A stretch of DNA of 64,000 nucleotides from Acholeplasmataceae bacterium (GCA_963675245.1 OY775910.1:800001-864000); one strand, 5' to 3'; positions 32,048-42,929 are shown, counted from the first letter of the stretch. Notes: a model not told the origin generated them from the sequence alone. Numbers and translations: made by a program.

Positions 32048-33511
32048 GGTTCTCTGTCAAGGATAGGGGTACCGAATAAGTAAATCAATGAAAAGCGTAT
32101 TTTTAGGTGATTCATCTAAATGCGTTTTTTCATTATGCACTTAATGTGTAATCTTTGTTGTAAAGAAAGAGAATTCTAGATCTGAACCTGTTGAAATCAG
32201 TAAATCCATAAGCTGTTCTTTTAATGACTTTAATAAAGTTATTAATACCTTCGACAATGCCATTCGTCATCTTTTTACGTGTTTCAGGATGAAGGTCAAA
32301 TGATTGAACGATTTCTTGACGCCAATTGATAAATGTTTTCTTAATATCTCTAAATTCTTTGGTGGTTGCGTGTCTGAGTAGATCAATGAATTGATTGATA
32401 AAAGCCGGTGCCTCTTCATAAGATAATGTTTCTATGCTGGTTTGAAAGAGATCTTTAAGATGAAAAGCTTCTTTTAAATCCGGGTGAAGATTCGCTGCGA
32501 TATCATGTATGACATAATCATTGACGTTTTGTTCTAAGAGATGATGGTAGTAATAAGTGTCATTCAAGTCGCTCGGTGACTTCATCAAGAGCTTCCAATG
32601 CTTCTTTAATATCTTATAGTTGATAGAATCCTCATCAAATGTTTTCATAATGCGTATTCTTACGGCGTTGAATGACCAATAGATATATCTTAAGAAGTGG
32701 AATGTGTCTGCGATAATGCGCGCATGAGGTAAATAAGCTTTCACGATATTCCGGTACGGTGCCCATAGGTCCATAATGACGTTTTTAACGTTGCTGCGCT
32801 CTTCATAAGGTATTTGACTGAAGTAATTCTTTAACCAGTCTGTCCGTCTGTTTCTCATCACGTCTATCACTTTCTTGTTGATGGGATCACAGATGACAAA
32901 GGCGTATTTGCCATAGCCGAGGTTGCGCTTTTTAAATTCATCAATACTGATCGTTTCAGATAGTTTTAACCTGCTCGGTTGGATGTGTTTATCGATATGT
33001 CTCATCGCTGTTGGCACAGAGACATTCAAACGTTTCGCGATGGCTGTATAGCTTTGGACATATTCAGCTTCCCTTAAGATGTGATGCTTCGTGACATTGG
33101 ATATCTTATTGAAACGCTCAACGAACTGATTAGGTTCTGGGAACCGCTTGTGGCAGTGTTTACAGACATACCGTCTTCGTCTGTATTTTAAATACACATG
33201 GTAGCCATTGATGACACCATGCTTAATGACTCTATCTCTATAGTCGTGAACTTTAGAAGTGTAACTCCCACAATGTGGACATAATTGATAGCCTTGTGTG
33301 AATCTCAAATGGACATGCATATCATTCTCAATGGTCTCTATTTGCTTAATCTTTAAGTGCTCGTCTTCAATTCTTAGTACTTTCTTGATATAATTGTCTT
33401 GCATAAGTAAACTCCTTATCTAAAGTGTGTGGTTACCTTTATTATAAGATTTACTTATGCTTTTTTATATCCCTTTATAAAATCATCCACCCCTAACATA
33501 ATTATAGAGCC
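32048..33511 (-). mobile_element. ISL3-family insertion sequence with 8-bp target duplication
   Basis: Ends GGTTCT...TAGGGGT and (rc) GGCTCT...TAGGGGT; ATAATAAA at 32040-32047 and 33512-33519. Confidence 0.9.
32133..33404 (-). CDS. ISL3-family transposase
   Basis: Zn finger CPHC/CKHC, SIDEF, MDLW.PY, DTFH, NGIVEGINN. Confidence 0.93.
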   Translation of the reverse strand: MQDNYIKKVLRIEDEHLKIKQIETIENDMHVHLRFTQGYQLCPHCGSYTSKVHDYRDRVIKHGVINGYHVYLKYRRRRYVCKHCHKRFPEPNQFVERFNKISNVTKHHILREAEYVQSYTAIAKRLNVSVPTAMRHIDKHIQPSRLKLSETISIDEFKKRNLGYGKYAFVICDPINKKVIDVMRNRRTDWLKNYFSQIPYEERSNVKNVIMDLWAPYRNIVKAYLPHARIIADTFHFLRYIYWSFNAVRIRIMKTFDEDSINYKILKKHWKLLMKSPSDLNDTYYYHHLLEQNVNDYVIHDIAANLHPDLKEAFHLKDLFQTSIETLSYEEAPAFINQFIDLLRHATTKEFRDIKKTFINWRQEIVQSFDLHPETRKKMTNGIVEGINNFIKVIKRTAYGFTDFNRFRSRILFLYNKDYTLSA

Positions 33512-33565
33512 ATAATAAAAAGGACTACCTTTTATGGTATGTCCTTTTTTGTTTGGTTTATTTAA

Positions 33566-33808
33566 TTAACCAACTAATACTGTAACTTTCTTGTTGACTA
33601 ATACTGTAATCAAATCAATTATCCAGAAGATTGCAAATCCAAGAACACCCCAAAGAATACCAACGATAATTTGGAACATATCTTTTTTAATTATTCCTTT
33701 TGGTAAACGGTATAACAGTCCATAAACAATACCGTCAATTCCAGGAAGTGCGAAGATGATCTTAACGATCCAAGGCATGCCATCAATAGCTTTAACTAAA
33801 TCTTTCAT
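33566..33808 (-). CDS. Small hypothetical membrane protein
   Basis: AGGAGG RBS; hydrophobic segments; ends at a shared terminator. Confidence 0.7.
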   Translation of the reverse strand: MKDLVKAIDGMPWIVKIIFALPGIDGIVYGLLYRLPKGIIKKDMFQIIVGILWGVLGFAIFWIIDLITVLVNKKVTVLVG

Positions 33809-33986
33809 GTAAATCCTCCTATGTAACTCTTTTGTCTATAGTATAGCACAATAATAATGGCATGTAATAAAGAAACCCTTAGCAAAGAGGTTGTTGCAAT
33901 TTTTTAATAAAATCATGGTATAATATGTGTAACTGCGATAGCAGTTTTTAGGGAAAATAAACATAAGATAGAAAGATGGATTCAAT

Positions 33987-35117
33987 ATGAATGTCGTGCA
34001 GAACAATCTGATATCCATTGTTATTTTATTTATCCTTTTTTTGGGGATATATAAACAGGTAAATCACAAAGATCCGATTTTTCGGTCATTTTTGATTTTG
34101 CTTGGTATTAATGCAATGATGTTGATATTAGAAGTTGTCATTTATCTTCTTGTAGGCACAGGTGGATCATTCGTTTATGTTATGATTGTTGCTGCAACAA
34201 TCTTATATCATACATCTATTCCTGTGATGTTGTTTATCACGTTTTTGTTTTATGATTTTCACTTTAATGTGATTTCACAGCGGACAATTAAGTTCTTTAT
34301 TGCCTTTATTGTCATATTCATTGTTAATTTAGTGTTTGTTATTCTGAGTTTATCAAATGGTTATATATATCAGATAAGCGGTAGCAATTTGTATGAACCA
34401 GGTCTTTACTATGTCTATTATGAATTAGTTATATACCTAGTCTTTGTATCCATATTTATGTATTCAGTCACGCAACGAATGAAAATTGATCATAGCACAT
34501 TTATTCCACTTAGTTTATTCATAATACCTTTAACTGTCACAATCATATTAACTGTATTCGCAGGTTTCGTTTATGTGACTTGGAATGCGTTTATGATCTC
34601 GATGTTAATCATTTATATTTTCATGCAGTTGCAAATTACATCAACGGATTATTTAACGGGTTTACAAAATAGAAGAGGTTATGAATACTTACTATTTAAT
34701 TTAAATAAATCTAAAGTTCAAAACGAAACGATCATCGGTATCATGATGGATATTGATAATTTTAAAACAATAAACGATGAATTTGGGCATCATGTTGGTG
34801 ATGAAGCATTAAAAGCATTTGGTATAATGCTCAAGAAAGCTGTCAGAAAGAATGACTTTGTCAGTCGCACAGGTGGTGATGAATTTGCCATCGTTATTCA
34901 ATCAAATGAACCAAATGTCGATCAAATTGTCATTGATAGAATCAATAAACAATTGAAGGCGTTTAATAATGAAATGCCATTTGGATTTAAGTTACATGTG
35001 TCTATTGGTAGCGATACTTATGATGAAGAAAAGCATCAATCAATATCAAGTTTCTTTGCATATCTTGATAAAGAAATGTATAAAGATAAACGAGAGAGCG
35101 AACGAATAAGAATATGA
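33987..35117 (+). CDS. Membrane-bound diguanylate cyclase (GGDEF)
   Basis: ~7 TM N-terminus; DYLTGLQNRR, DIDNFK.IND..GH..GD, RKND I-site, GGDEF. Confidence 0.9.
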   Translation: MNVVQNNLISIVILFILFLGIYKQVNHKDPIFRSFLILLGINAMMLILEVVIYLLVGTGGSFVYVMIVAATILYHTSIPVMLFITFLFYDFHFNVISQRTIKFFIAFIVIFIVNLVFVILSLSNGYIYQISGSNLYEPGLYYVYYELVIYLVFVSIFMYSVTQRMKIDHSTFIPLSLFIIPLTVTIILTVFAGFVYVTWNAFMISMLIIYIFMQLQITSTDYLTGLQNRRGYEYLLFNLNKSKVQNETIIGIMMDIDNFKTINDEFGHHVGDEALKAFGIMLKKAVRKNDFVSRTGGDEFAIVIQSNEPNVDQIVIDRINKQLKAFNNEMPFGFKLHVSIGSDTYDEEKHQSISSFFAYLDKEMYKDKRESERIRI

Positions 35118-35245
35118 TTTAATAACCGGCTTAAATGGCCGGTTTTTTCTTGTTTATAGTACTATTTATAATGTTTACAGTATCATTTGATTTTTAAGTG
35201 GTAGACTTTTATAATTTAGAAGTAAACCATAAGTGGGTGAATTTA

Positions 35246-35512
35246 ATGGCAAAAAAGAAATATCATTTAATGGGTCAAACAGTCAGTTTAGATAAACTAC
35301 CTAAAGGGTATATCGGTAAAGTGATACAAATAGCAACCCCTGATCAAAAATTAAAACGTCGTTTGATGGATATGGGTATTACTGAAGGTGTTCAAGTGTC
35401 GATTAAGAAGATTGCTCCTTTAGGAGATCCAATTGATATTACACTCCGAGGTTATGAACTTTGTCTTAGAAAAGTTGATTTATCATTTATAGATGTTGAG
35501 GTTATCCGATGA
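35246..35512 (+). CDS. feoA: Ferrous iron transport protein A
   Basis: RRLMDMGIT.G, APLGDPI..LRGY.L.LR. Confidence 0.92.
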   Translation: MAKKKYHLMGQTVSLDKLPKGYIGKVIQIATPDQKLKRRLMDMGITEGVQVSIKKIAPLGDPIDITLRGYELCLRKVDLSFIDVEVIR

Positions 35513-37491
35513 AAGTTGCACTCGTTGGTAATCAAAATTCGGGGAAAACAACCCTTTTTAATTTGCTTACCGGATCGCATCAAAAGATAGGTAATTGGGC
35601 AGGTGTGACCATTGAAAAAAAAGAAGGCACGATTCGCACAACGGATTTTGACTTAATTGATTTACCGGGTCTATATTCTCTTAATCCCTATACAAAAGAA
35701 GAGGAAGTCTCTTTTGATTACTTATTACATGAACAAGTAGATCTTATTTTAAATATCATTGACGCGACTCAATTGGAACGCAGTCTTTATTTAACGACGC
35801 AATTATTAGAATTAGATATTCCGCTTGTGATTGCGTTAAACATGAAAGATTTAGCAGATATCAGAGGTATTAAAATTGATTATAACCTCATTGAAGAAAA
35901 ACTTAACACGACGATTATTTCGATCTCAGCATTAAAGAAAACAGGTGTGTTTGATTTAATTCAAGCCATTAAGCAGAAATCTTATAAAAATAATCAATAT
36001 AGTCATATCTATGATCATGATTTTGAAGATGTGTTAGCGGATGTGACTAAACATTTAAACATACCTCATCAACGATTTATCGGTACTAAAATTCTTGAAG
36101 GTGACGAACGTTTTGAATCTTTAGTAAATACTGAAATGGCTAAAGAAAGAGAAAAATTGCATCAAAACTACAATCGAGAACTTGATCAAGTAATTACCGA
36201 TGAGAGATATCGATATATTGAGTTATTAAGAGATAGTGCTGTCAAGAGTTACATCAAGCATAAGAGTTGGACAGATCGTATTGATGATGTCTTATTAAAT
36301 AAATATTTAGCACTCCCTATATTCGCGTTAATTATGTTTGGCATTTACTATTTAGCTGCAGGTCCATTTGGTAGTTTAACTGTTGACTTTGTCGGTGATA
36401 TCATTTCTGATTTTTCGATGTGGTTAGAAGCTAGACTTGTGGTTTGGAACGCTTCCGCTTGGTCTCAAAGTTTAGTCGTCAACGGGATTATTGCTGGGGT
36501 TGGAGCCGTTTTAAACTTTGTCCCACAATTGATTATATTGTTTACATTGATTGCATTATTAGAAACGACTGGTTATATGTCAAGAATCGCGTTTTTCTTG
36601 GATCGTATGTTTCAAAAGGTAGGGTTATCTGGAAAATCACTTATTCCATTTATTATTGGTAGTGGATGTAGTGTACCTGCAATCATGTCAGCACGAACGA
36701 TTAACGATGAAACAGAAAAACGAATGACGATTATGTTAACACCGTTTATTCCTTGTAGTGCAAAACTTCCGATTATCACGTTGTTTGCTGGATATTTCTT
36801 TAGTGATCGCACCGGTATTGTCAGTGCATCATTATACTTTTTTGCGATTACGATTATTATCTTATCAGCTTTTATCATGAAAAAGTTCTTTTTTAAAGGG
36901 AGTATCTCAAGCTTCATTATGGAATTACCAGAATATAAAGTACCTAGCGCAAGATATATTATAAGAGATGTTTATTTAAAAGTGAAAGCATTTATGACGG
37001 AAGCCGGATCTATTATATTAATGGCTTCAATCGTGATTTGGTTCTTGATTAGTTTCTCATTTAGGTTTGAATATGGTGTCCTTCCGGATCAAAGTATCTT
37101 ATCCTATATTGGTAGAGTATTCAGTTTTATCTTTTATCCATTTTTAGGTAATTTATCTTGGGCAGCATCTGTATCAGCGATTCAAGGATTAGTTGCTAAA
37201 GAACAAGTCGTATCATCGATGGCAATCATCGCGAACTTCTCAAGTGAAGTGAATACAGGATCATTGATATTCAATAGTCAAGTTTTTCAATTCTTCACAC
37301 CTGCATCCGCGTACGCATTCATGGTTTTTAATTTGTTTTCAGCACCATGTTTTGGTGCGATAGGTGCGATGAAAAAAGAGTTAGGTTTAACATCTAACAT
37401 GTGGAAAGCAGTATTTTTCCAGACGGGAATCGCCTGGGTCTTAGCAACGCTTGTTTATCAAATAAGTACGTTGATTGGAGGGTTATTATGA
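35509..37491 (+). CDS. feoB: Ferrous iron transport protein B
   Basis: GNQNSGKTT, GNWAGVT, DLPGLYS, GCSVPA, PCSAK. Confidence 0.95.
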   Translation: MKVALVGNQNSGKTTLFNLLTGSHQKIGNWAGVTIEKKEGTIRTTDFDLIDLPGLYSLNPYTKEEEVSFDYLLHEQVDLILNIIDATQLERSLYLTTQLLELDIPLVIALNMKDLADIRGIKIDYNLIEEKLNTTIISISALKKTGVFDLIQAIKQKSYKNNQYSHIYDHDFEDVLADVTKHLNIPHQRFIGTKILEGDERFESLVNTEMAKEREKLHQNYNRELDQVITDERYRYIELLRDSAVKSYIKHKSWTDRIDDVLLNKYLALPIFALIMFGIYYLAAGPFGSLTVDFVGDIISDFSMWLEARLVVWNASAWSQSLVVNGIIAGVGAVLNFVPQLIILFTLIALLETTGYMSRIAFFLDRMFQKVGLSGKSLIPFIIGSGCSVPAIMSARTINDETEKRMTIMLTPFIPCSAKLPIITLFAGYFFSDRTGIVSASLYFFAITIIILSAFIMKKFFFKGSISSFIMELPEYKVPSARYIIRDVYLKVKAFMTEAGSIILMASIVIWFLISFSFRFEYGVLPDQSILSYIGRVFSFIFYPFLGNLSWAASVSAIQGLVAKEQVVSSMAIIANFSSEVNTGSLIFNSQVFQFFTPASAYAFMVFNLFSAPCFGAIGAMKKELGLTSNMWKAVFFQTGIAWVLATLVYQISTLIGGLL

Positions 37492-37622
37492 CATTAGCAG
37501 ATGGTATTATTTTAGTTGTTTTAGTGATCATTGTTGGTGGTATATTATATAGTAAATTAAAAAACAGAAAACAAACATCTTGTTCAGCTTGTGCTTATGC
37601 TGTCAAAAAAGCTAGAAAATAG
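37488..37622 (+). CDS. FeoB-associated Cys-rich small membrane protein
   Basis: GGAGG RBS; MTLADGIILVV...CSACAY; overlaps feoB stop. Confidence 0.75.
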   Translation: MTLADGIILVVLVIIVGGILYSKLKNRKQTSCSACAYAVKKARK

Positions 37623-37633
37623 AGGTTTGTTAG

Positions 37634-37930
37634 ATGAAAACTTATATGTATAAACTAACACTAGTTGAAAGATTATTTGAAGATGATGCATGGACAGAAG
37701 AAGATAACAAATGGGTTAATGATCATTTTCTTAGATTAAAAAAAGATTATGAATTAGGCAAAGTAATTCACGTAGGAAGAACCGAAGATCCTAAAGGTGA
37801 AGGATTTGGTTTAGTCATCTTTATGGCAGAGAATAATGAAGACGCATTACGTTATATGCAAGAAGATCCTGCAGTAAAACATGGTCAAATGACAGCGATG
37901 GTTATGCCTTATAAAGTGGTATTTAATTAA
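37634..37930 (+). CDS. YciI-like protein
   Basis: H..RL..G...GR....FGLVIF.A...DPAV..G pattern. Confidence 0.7.
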   Translation: MKTYMYKLTLVERLFEDDAWTEEDNKWVNDHFLRLKKDYELGKVIHVGRTEDPKGEGFGLVIFMAENNEDALRYMQEDPAVKHGQMTAMVMPYKVVFN

Positions 37931-37964
37931 AATGAAAAGGAACTGCATTTCGCAGTTCCTAATT

Positions 37965-39200
37965 TTATTTTTTCATTGATTTACTTGGTCTTTTCGGTGC
38001 GGGTGAAGATGCTACTTTTTTCCTTACAACTTTTGAAGGAGCACCCGTTGTTTTCTTTTTGGTAGGCATCTTTGTTGTTGATTTAATCGTTGAACTTTTC
38101 ACTGTCTTAGGTGATTTGGTAGCGGTGGAACGAGAAACAGTAGTTGTTGTTTTTTTCTTAGGTGTAGGTTTTGCTTCGTGGACAACGACTTGTGGGAATG
38201 GGATTTCAATATTATGTTTATCAAGGGTTGCTTTTATGAAGGCACGAAGTTGTCTTTCAATGTTGAAGTGTTGATTCGTTAATGTACGCGCAATAACTCT
38301 AATATTGACACTACTACCAGCAAGCTCTACAACACCTAGAATTTCTGGATCTTCAATGATTTCTGGATAACTTTTAGTGAATTTAGGTAATTCTTTTTTA
38401 AGGATGTTAGTTGTTTTTTCAACATCTTCAGCGTAAGCAATTCCGAAATCAACAATCGCTAATGAAGGATTTTTAGAATAGTTAATCGTATCTGAAATAG
38501 AACCGTTTGCGAGAATTTTAACTTCGCCTTTCCAGTTTTTGATTCGGGTTGTTTTTAAACCAATATCAATGACTTCACCTTTGAATCCATTTGACTCGAT
38601 GATATCACCAACATCGTAATGTTGTTCAAAGATAATAAATAGACCACTGATTAAATCATTAATGAACTTTTGGGCACCAAGACCAATAACTAATCCTAAG
38701 ATCCCAAGACCAGCAAGGGCAGGACCGATGTTAATTCCCCATATTGCTAGAATAACAAGAAGTGCGATAATCCATCCAAGATAACGGATAATACTTAATG
38801 TCAGTTTAGCAAGTGTACGTCTTCTACGATATATTGAACCAGGTTTCTTTCCGACATTGGAAATTGTCACTTTAGAAATTTTTAAGATGAATAATGTGAT
38901 GAATAACGTAAATACCGTTGATATAATTTTTACGATAAAGACCTCATCACTAATTGTAATTCTTATCGAGTCATAAATATCAATAAATTGCTGGAAATCA
39001 TAACCCCATAACCAAGCAATATATAATGCTGCACCAATAAAAGCGGCGAAATCAAATAAATATCCTACGAGATAAATCCATCTCTTTAAATTATCACCAC
39101 GTTTATTTGCTATACGAATAGAAACGATAAATATTAATAACAGAAACAATACTGTTCCGGTGGTAATAAACGCTTTTATATATTCTTCAAATCCAGGCAT
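37965..39200 (-). CDS. MscS small-conductance mechanosensitive channel with basic low-complexity tail
   Basis: GLGAQ..D.ISG, VGDII, GEV..IGL.TT, IPFPQ; AAAGGAG RBS before 39200. Confidence 0.9.
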   Translation of the reverse strand: MPGFEEYIKAFITTGTVLFLLLIFIVSIRIANKRGDNLKRWIYLVGYLFDFAAFIGAALYIAWLWGYDFQQFIDIYDSIRITISDEVFIVKIISTVFTLFITLFILKISKVTISNVGKKPGSIYRRRRTLAKLTLSIIRYLGWIIALLVILAIWGINIGPALAGLGILGLVIGLGAQKFINDLISGLFIIFEQHYDVGDIIESNGFKGEVIDIGLKTTRIKNWKGEVKILANGSISDTINYSKNPSLAIVDFGIAYAEDVEKTTNILKKELPKFTKSYPEIIEDPEILGVVELAGSSVNIRVIARTLTNQHFNIERQLRAFIKATLDKHNIEIPFPQVVVHEAKPTPKKKTTTTVSRSTATKSPKTVKSSTIKSTTKMPTKKKTTGAPSKVVRKKVASSPAPKRPSKSMKK

Positions 39201-39310
39201 ACAAATCACTCCTTTGCTCTCTATAATTATGATATCATAATCTATCAAAAATATATGAAATGTAGGAAAAAAGTGGTAGAATAGTGTCGGTTCATAAAAG
39301 GAGGTCAGCA

Positions 39311-40801
39311 ATGGTTAAAGATCAAAGTAAAACACCATTTTTAACAAAACTTATCGAATATGCAAACAGCGATGTTATTTCACATGATGTGCCAGGACAT
39401 AAGTTAGGTAATATAGGTAACGATCTTGAATCAGTTATCGGAAAAGAAACATTTCGCTTAGATGCGAATGCACCAAGAGGATTAGATAACTTAAGCAGGC
39501 CAACTGGGGTTATAAAAGAAGCTTCAGAACTTATGGCAGACGCTTTCGGAGCTGAACAGGCTTATTTTTTAACAGGTGGGACGACTTTAGGTATTTTAGC
39601 AATGATTATGTCTACGGTTAGAGCAAAAGAAAAAATCATTATGCCAAGAAATGTCCATAAATCAGCCATCAACGCCCTTATTTTTAGTGGAGCCGTACCT
39701 ATTTTCGTACAACCACATATTGACCCAGAATTAGGGATTGCAAATCATCTAGAAATTAATGCTGTTAAAAAAGCGATTAAAGCACATCCTGATGCGAAAT
39801 GTGTATTCGCGATTAATCCCACTTATTTCGGTGCAATTTCAGATTTACAAGCCATTGTTGAAGTCGCACATGAACACGATATGATTGTGATGTGTGATGA
39901 AGCACATGGTTCGCATTTAGGCTTTTCAGATAAATTACCATTATCTGCGATGCAAGCAGGAGCAGACTTATCATCTTGTTCACTTCATAAGACATTAGGA
40001 TCGCTCACGCAAAGTTCTGTTTTACTCGTAAATAGCGAAAGGGTCGATCACTTAAGATTAAGATCCACGATTAATATGCTACAATCGACTTCGCCATCAA
40101 GTTTATTAATGGCGAGTTTGGATGCGAGCAGAAAAACGTTTAGCACAGAAGGGGCTCAACGCCTATCAACATTAATCGATATGGCGAATGATACAAGAGC
40201 TAGAATTAACAAGATCCCTAATCTTAAAGCGTTAGATAAAGAGTATTTTGTGTCAAGAGGATCTTTTGGTTACGATGAAACGAAACTGATTATTAAAGTA
40301 TCTAAATTAGGTATTAATGGGTTTGAAGCGTATAGAGAGCTTGCTGATATTCATCATGTTCAAATGGAGTTAGCAGAAACGCATTTAATACTAGCGGTAT
40401 TATCAATAGGGACAACCCAAAAAGATTTAGACGCATTAGTCGAGGCATTACAAGCCATCAGTTATAAATATAGTAGTCAAAAATTACCAACGATAAAACC
40501 AAAGGTCAGATATTCGTTTCCTGATGTCTTTACAAGACCTCGTGAAGCTTATCATGCACCTAAAAAATATATACCACTAGCGGATGCTGCTGGTGAAATA
40601 GCAGGTGAATCAGTCATGATTTATCCACCAGGTATTCCAATTGTGATTCCTGGAGAAATTATATCAGAAGATATTATTAATGATCTTGATTTTTATAAGA
40701 AGAATGGATCGACCATTCTATCAGATACAGAATCAGGCTTTATGAAAGTCATCGATAAATCCGAATGGATCAAATGGGAGAAAATATATGAAGATGAATA
40801 A
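39311..40801 (+). CDS. speA: Arginine (Orn/Lys/Arg family) decarboxylase
   Basis: VPGHK, RNVHKS, DEAHG, SLHK (PLP lysine), STSPS, YPPGIP; next to agmatinase. Confidence 0.85.
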   Translation: MVKDQSKTPFLTKLIEYANSDVISHDVPGHKLGNIGNDLESVIGKETFRLDANAPRGLDNLSRPTGVIKEASELMADAFGAEQAYFLTGGTTLGILAMIMSTVRAKEKIIMPRNVHKSAINALIFSGAVPIFVQPHIDPELGIANHLEINAVKKAIKAHPDAKCVFAINPTYFGAISDLQAIVEVAHEHDMIVMCDEAHGSHLGFSDKLPLSAMQAGADLSSCSLHKTLGSLTQSSVLLVNSERVDHLRLRSTINMLQSTSPSSLLMASLDASRKTFSTEGAQRLSTLIDMANDTRARINKIPNLKALDKEYFVSRGSFGYDETKLIIKVSKLGINGFEAYRELADIHHVQMELAETHLILAVLSIGTTQKDLDALVEALQAISYKYSSQKLPTIKPKVRYSFPDVFTRPREAYHAPKKYIPLADAAGEIAGESVMIYPPGIPIVIPGEIISEDIINDLDFYKKNGSTILSDTESGFMKVIDKSEWIKWEKIYEDE

Positions 40802-41660
40802 GGTGGACTTATCATTTCAAAGTTGTAAAGCAGAGTATGATGAAGCCGATGTTGTAATCTATAGCGTACCGATGGACGCGACAACATCATTTAGACCTGG
40901 AACAAGATTTGCTGGAAACGCAATTCGTGTTGATTCATTTGGGGTAGAATGGTATTCACCATACCGAGAAGCAGATTTAAACGATTATCAGACGTGTGAT
41001 ATTGGTGATCTTGACCTACCAATTGGTGCAGTAGAAGATGCCTTAGCTATTGTGAATGAAACGACGCGACAAATTTTAAAAGATGGTAAAACACCGATGA
41101 TGGTGGGTGGCGAGCATTTAGTGAGCCTTCCAGTGATAGAAGCTGTTTTTGAGAAGTATCCAGATCTTCACCTCATTCATTTAGATGCACATACTGATTT
41201 ACGAGAACACTTCTTTGGTAGAGAATTATCACATGCGACTTTCATGAGAAAGGTTCATGGATTTGTGGGTGATGGTAAGATTTATCAGTTTGGTATTAGA
41301 AGTGGTGAAAAACCAGAATTTGATTGGGCAAAAGCGGGACATGTTCACCAACGTAAATTCGATTTTGAAGGATTAGATAAAGTCGTTGAAATACTTAAGG
41401 ATAAACCTGTTTATATCACAATTGATTTAGATGTGTTAGATCCAGCGGTCTTTCCTGGTACTGGAACCCCTGAACCAGGTGGTATGATGTATAAAGATTT
41501 ACTGTGGGCATTTGATCAATTTGAGAAGTTAAATCATATGGTTGGTGCTGATATAGTTGAACTCTCACCGATGTTAGATCCAAGTGGTGCATCTACAGCG
41601 GTCGCAGCTAAATCATTAAGAGAATTAGTATTACTACTTCATAAAAATAGACAAAAATAA
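40788..41660 (+). CDS. speB: Agmatinase
   Basis: GGEH, DAHTD, SHAT, DLDVLDP, GTGTPEPGG. Confidence 0.92.
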   Translation: MKMNKVDLSFQSCKAEYDEADVVIYSVPMDATTSFRPGTRFAGNAIRVDSFGVEWYSPYREADLNDYQTCDIGDLDLPIGAVEDALAIVNETTRQILKDGKTPMMVGGEHLVSLPVIEAVFEKYPDLHLIHLDAHTDLREHFFGRELSHATFMRKVHGFVGDGKIYQFGIRSGEKPEFDWAKAGHVHQRKFDFEGLDKVVEILKDKPVYITIDLDVLDPAVFPGTGTPEPGGMMYKDLLWAFDQFEKLNHMVGADIVELSPMLDPSGASTAVAAKSLRELVLLLHKNRQK

Positions 41661-41838
41661 GTTTAAAACAAAGTCATACTTCGGTATGGCTTTTTATTTA
41701 GAAATCGCGATTTTCTAACATAATATACGTTAATCGAAAAATATTTATAAAAATTATGTTAAAAACGCCAAATTAAGCATAACTTTTGAATAAGAATACC
41801 CTGTAAAGTATAATGAATGTGCAATGAAGGAGGTCATT

Positions 41839-42927
41839 ATGACACTATTTAAAACATATGATCCGCTTAAGAAAAAGCAATTACAAATTCTTGATCCAAA
41901 AGGCAAGATTATTAATCCTGATCTTGAGCCATCTATCGATGATAAAACATTATTAAAACTTTATGACACTATGGTATTAGGACGTATTGCAGACATTAAA
42001 GCAATGCAATATCAACGTCAAGGACGCATGCTTACCTATGCCCCAAACCGTGGGCAAGAAGCCGCACAACTAGGTGCAGTCGCAGCCATGGAAAAACAAG
42101 ACTGGTTAGTCCCAGCTTTCCGTGAATTAAACGCGATGATTTATCGTGGCGTACCACTAGAAAAGATGTATCTATATTGGTATGGTAATGAATGGGGCTC
42201 ACATTTTGATGAAGATGTTCGTGTTCTACCAATTGATATCATTATTGGTTCACAAGTAAACCATGCTGCAGGTATCGCTTATGCAAGTAAAATTCAAAAG
42301 AAAAATGAAGTCGCATTAACATTTATTGGTGATGGTGGTACATCACATGGTGAATTTTATGAAGGCTTAAACTTTGGTGCGACATTTGATGTACCAATGG
42401 TTATTGTTATACAAAATAACCAATATGCCATTTCAACACCAAGACATAAAGCAACCAAAGCTGAAACATTAGCACAAAAAGCGATTGCTGCCGGTATTGA
42501 AGGTATTCAAGTCGATGGTAATGATATTTTAGCGATGTATGTGGCGACTAAATACGCGATTGACCACGCAAGAGCTGGTAAAGGTCCAGTCTTGATTGAA
42601 GCGGTCACGTATCGTTTAGGACCACACACAACGTCAGATGACCCTACGATTTATCGTAAGGATGAAGAAGTAGCTGAATGGGAAGCGAAAGATCCACTTC
42701 CACGCTTTAAAAAATATTTGATGGATAAGAAATTGTGGACAGAAGCGAAAGATAAGAAGTTACATGAAGAAAAAGCAGAATATGTGGGTGAAACATTTAG
42801 GAAGGTTGAAGCAAGTGGTCCATCAGAATTACTTGATATCTTCCAATATACTTATGCAGAAATGACACCACAATTAAAAGAACAATACGAAACACATAAG
42901 AAGTATTTAGAAGAAGGAGGTAAGTAA
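41839..42927 (+). CDS. pdhA: Pyruvate dehydrogenase E1 alpha
   Basis: GQEA, GDGGTS..F.EG.N, NNQYAIS, HTTSDDP. Confidence 0.93.
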   Translation: MTLFKTYDPLKKKQLQILDPKGKIINPDLEPSIDDKTLLKLYDTMVLGRIADIKAMQYQRQGRMLTYAPNRGQEAAQLGAVAAMEKQDWLVPAFRELNAMIYRGVPLEKMYLYWYGNEWGSHFDEDVRVLPIDIIIGSQVNHAAGIAYASKIQKKNEVALTFIGDGGTSHGEFYEGLNFGATFDVPMVIVIQNNQYAISTPRHKATKAETLAQKAIAAGIEGIQVDGNDILAMYVATKYAIDHARAGKGPVLIEAVTYRLGPHTTSDDPTIYRKDEEVAEWEAKDPLPRFKKYLMDKKLWTEAKDKKLHEEKAEYVGETFRKVEASGPSELLDIFQYTYAEMTPQLKEQYETHKKYLEEGGK

Positions 42928-42929
42928 TC

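Noticed and set aside
39311..41660. speA-speB without speD or speE
   Set aside because: Ordinary putrescine pathway; the other genes may lie elsewhere in the genome.
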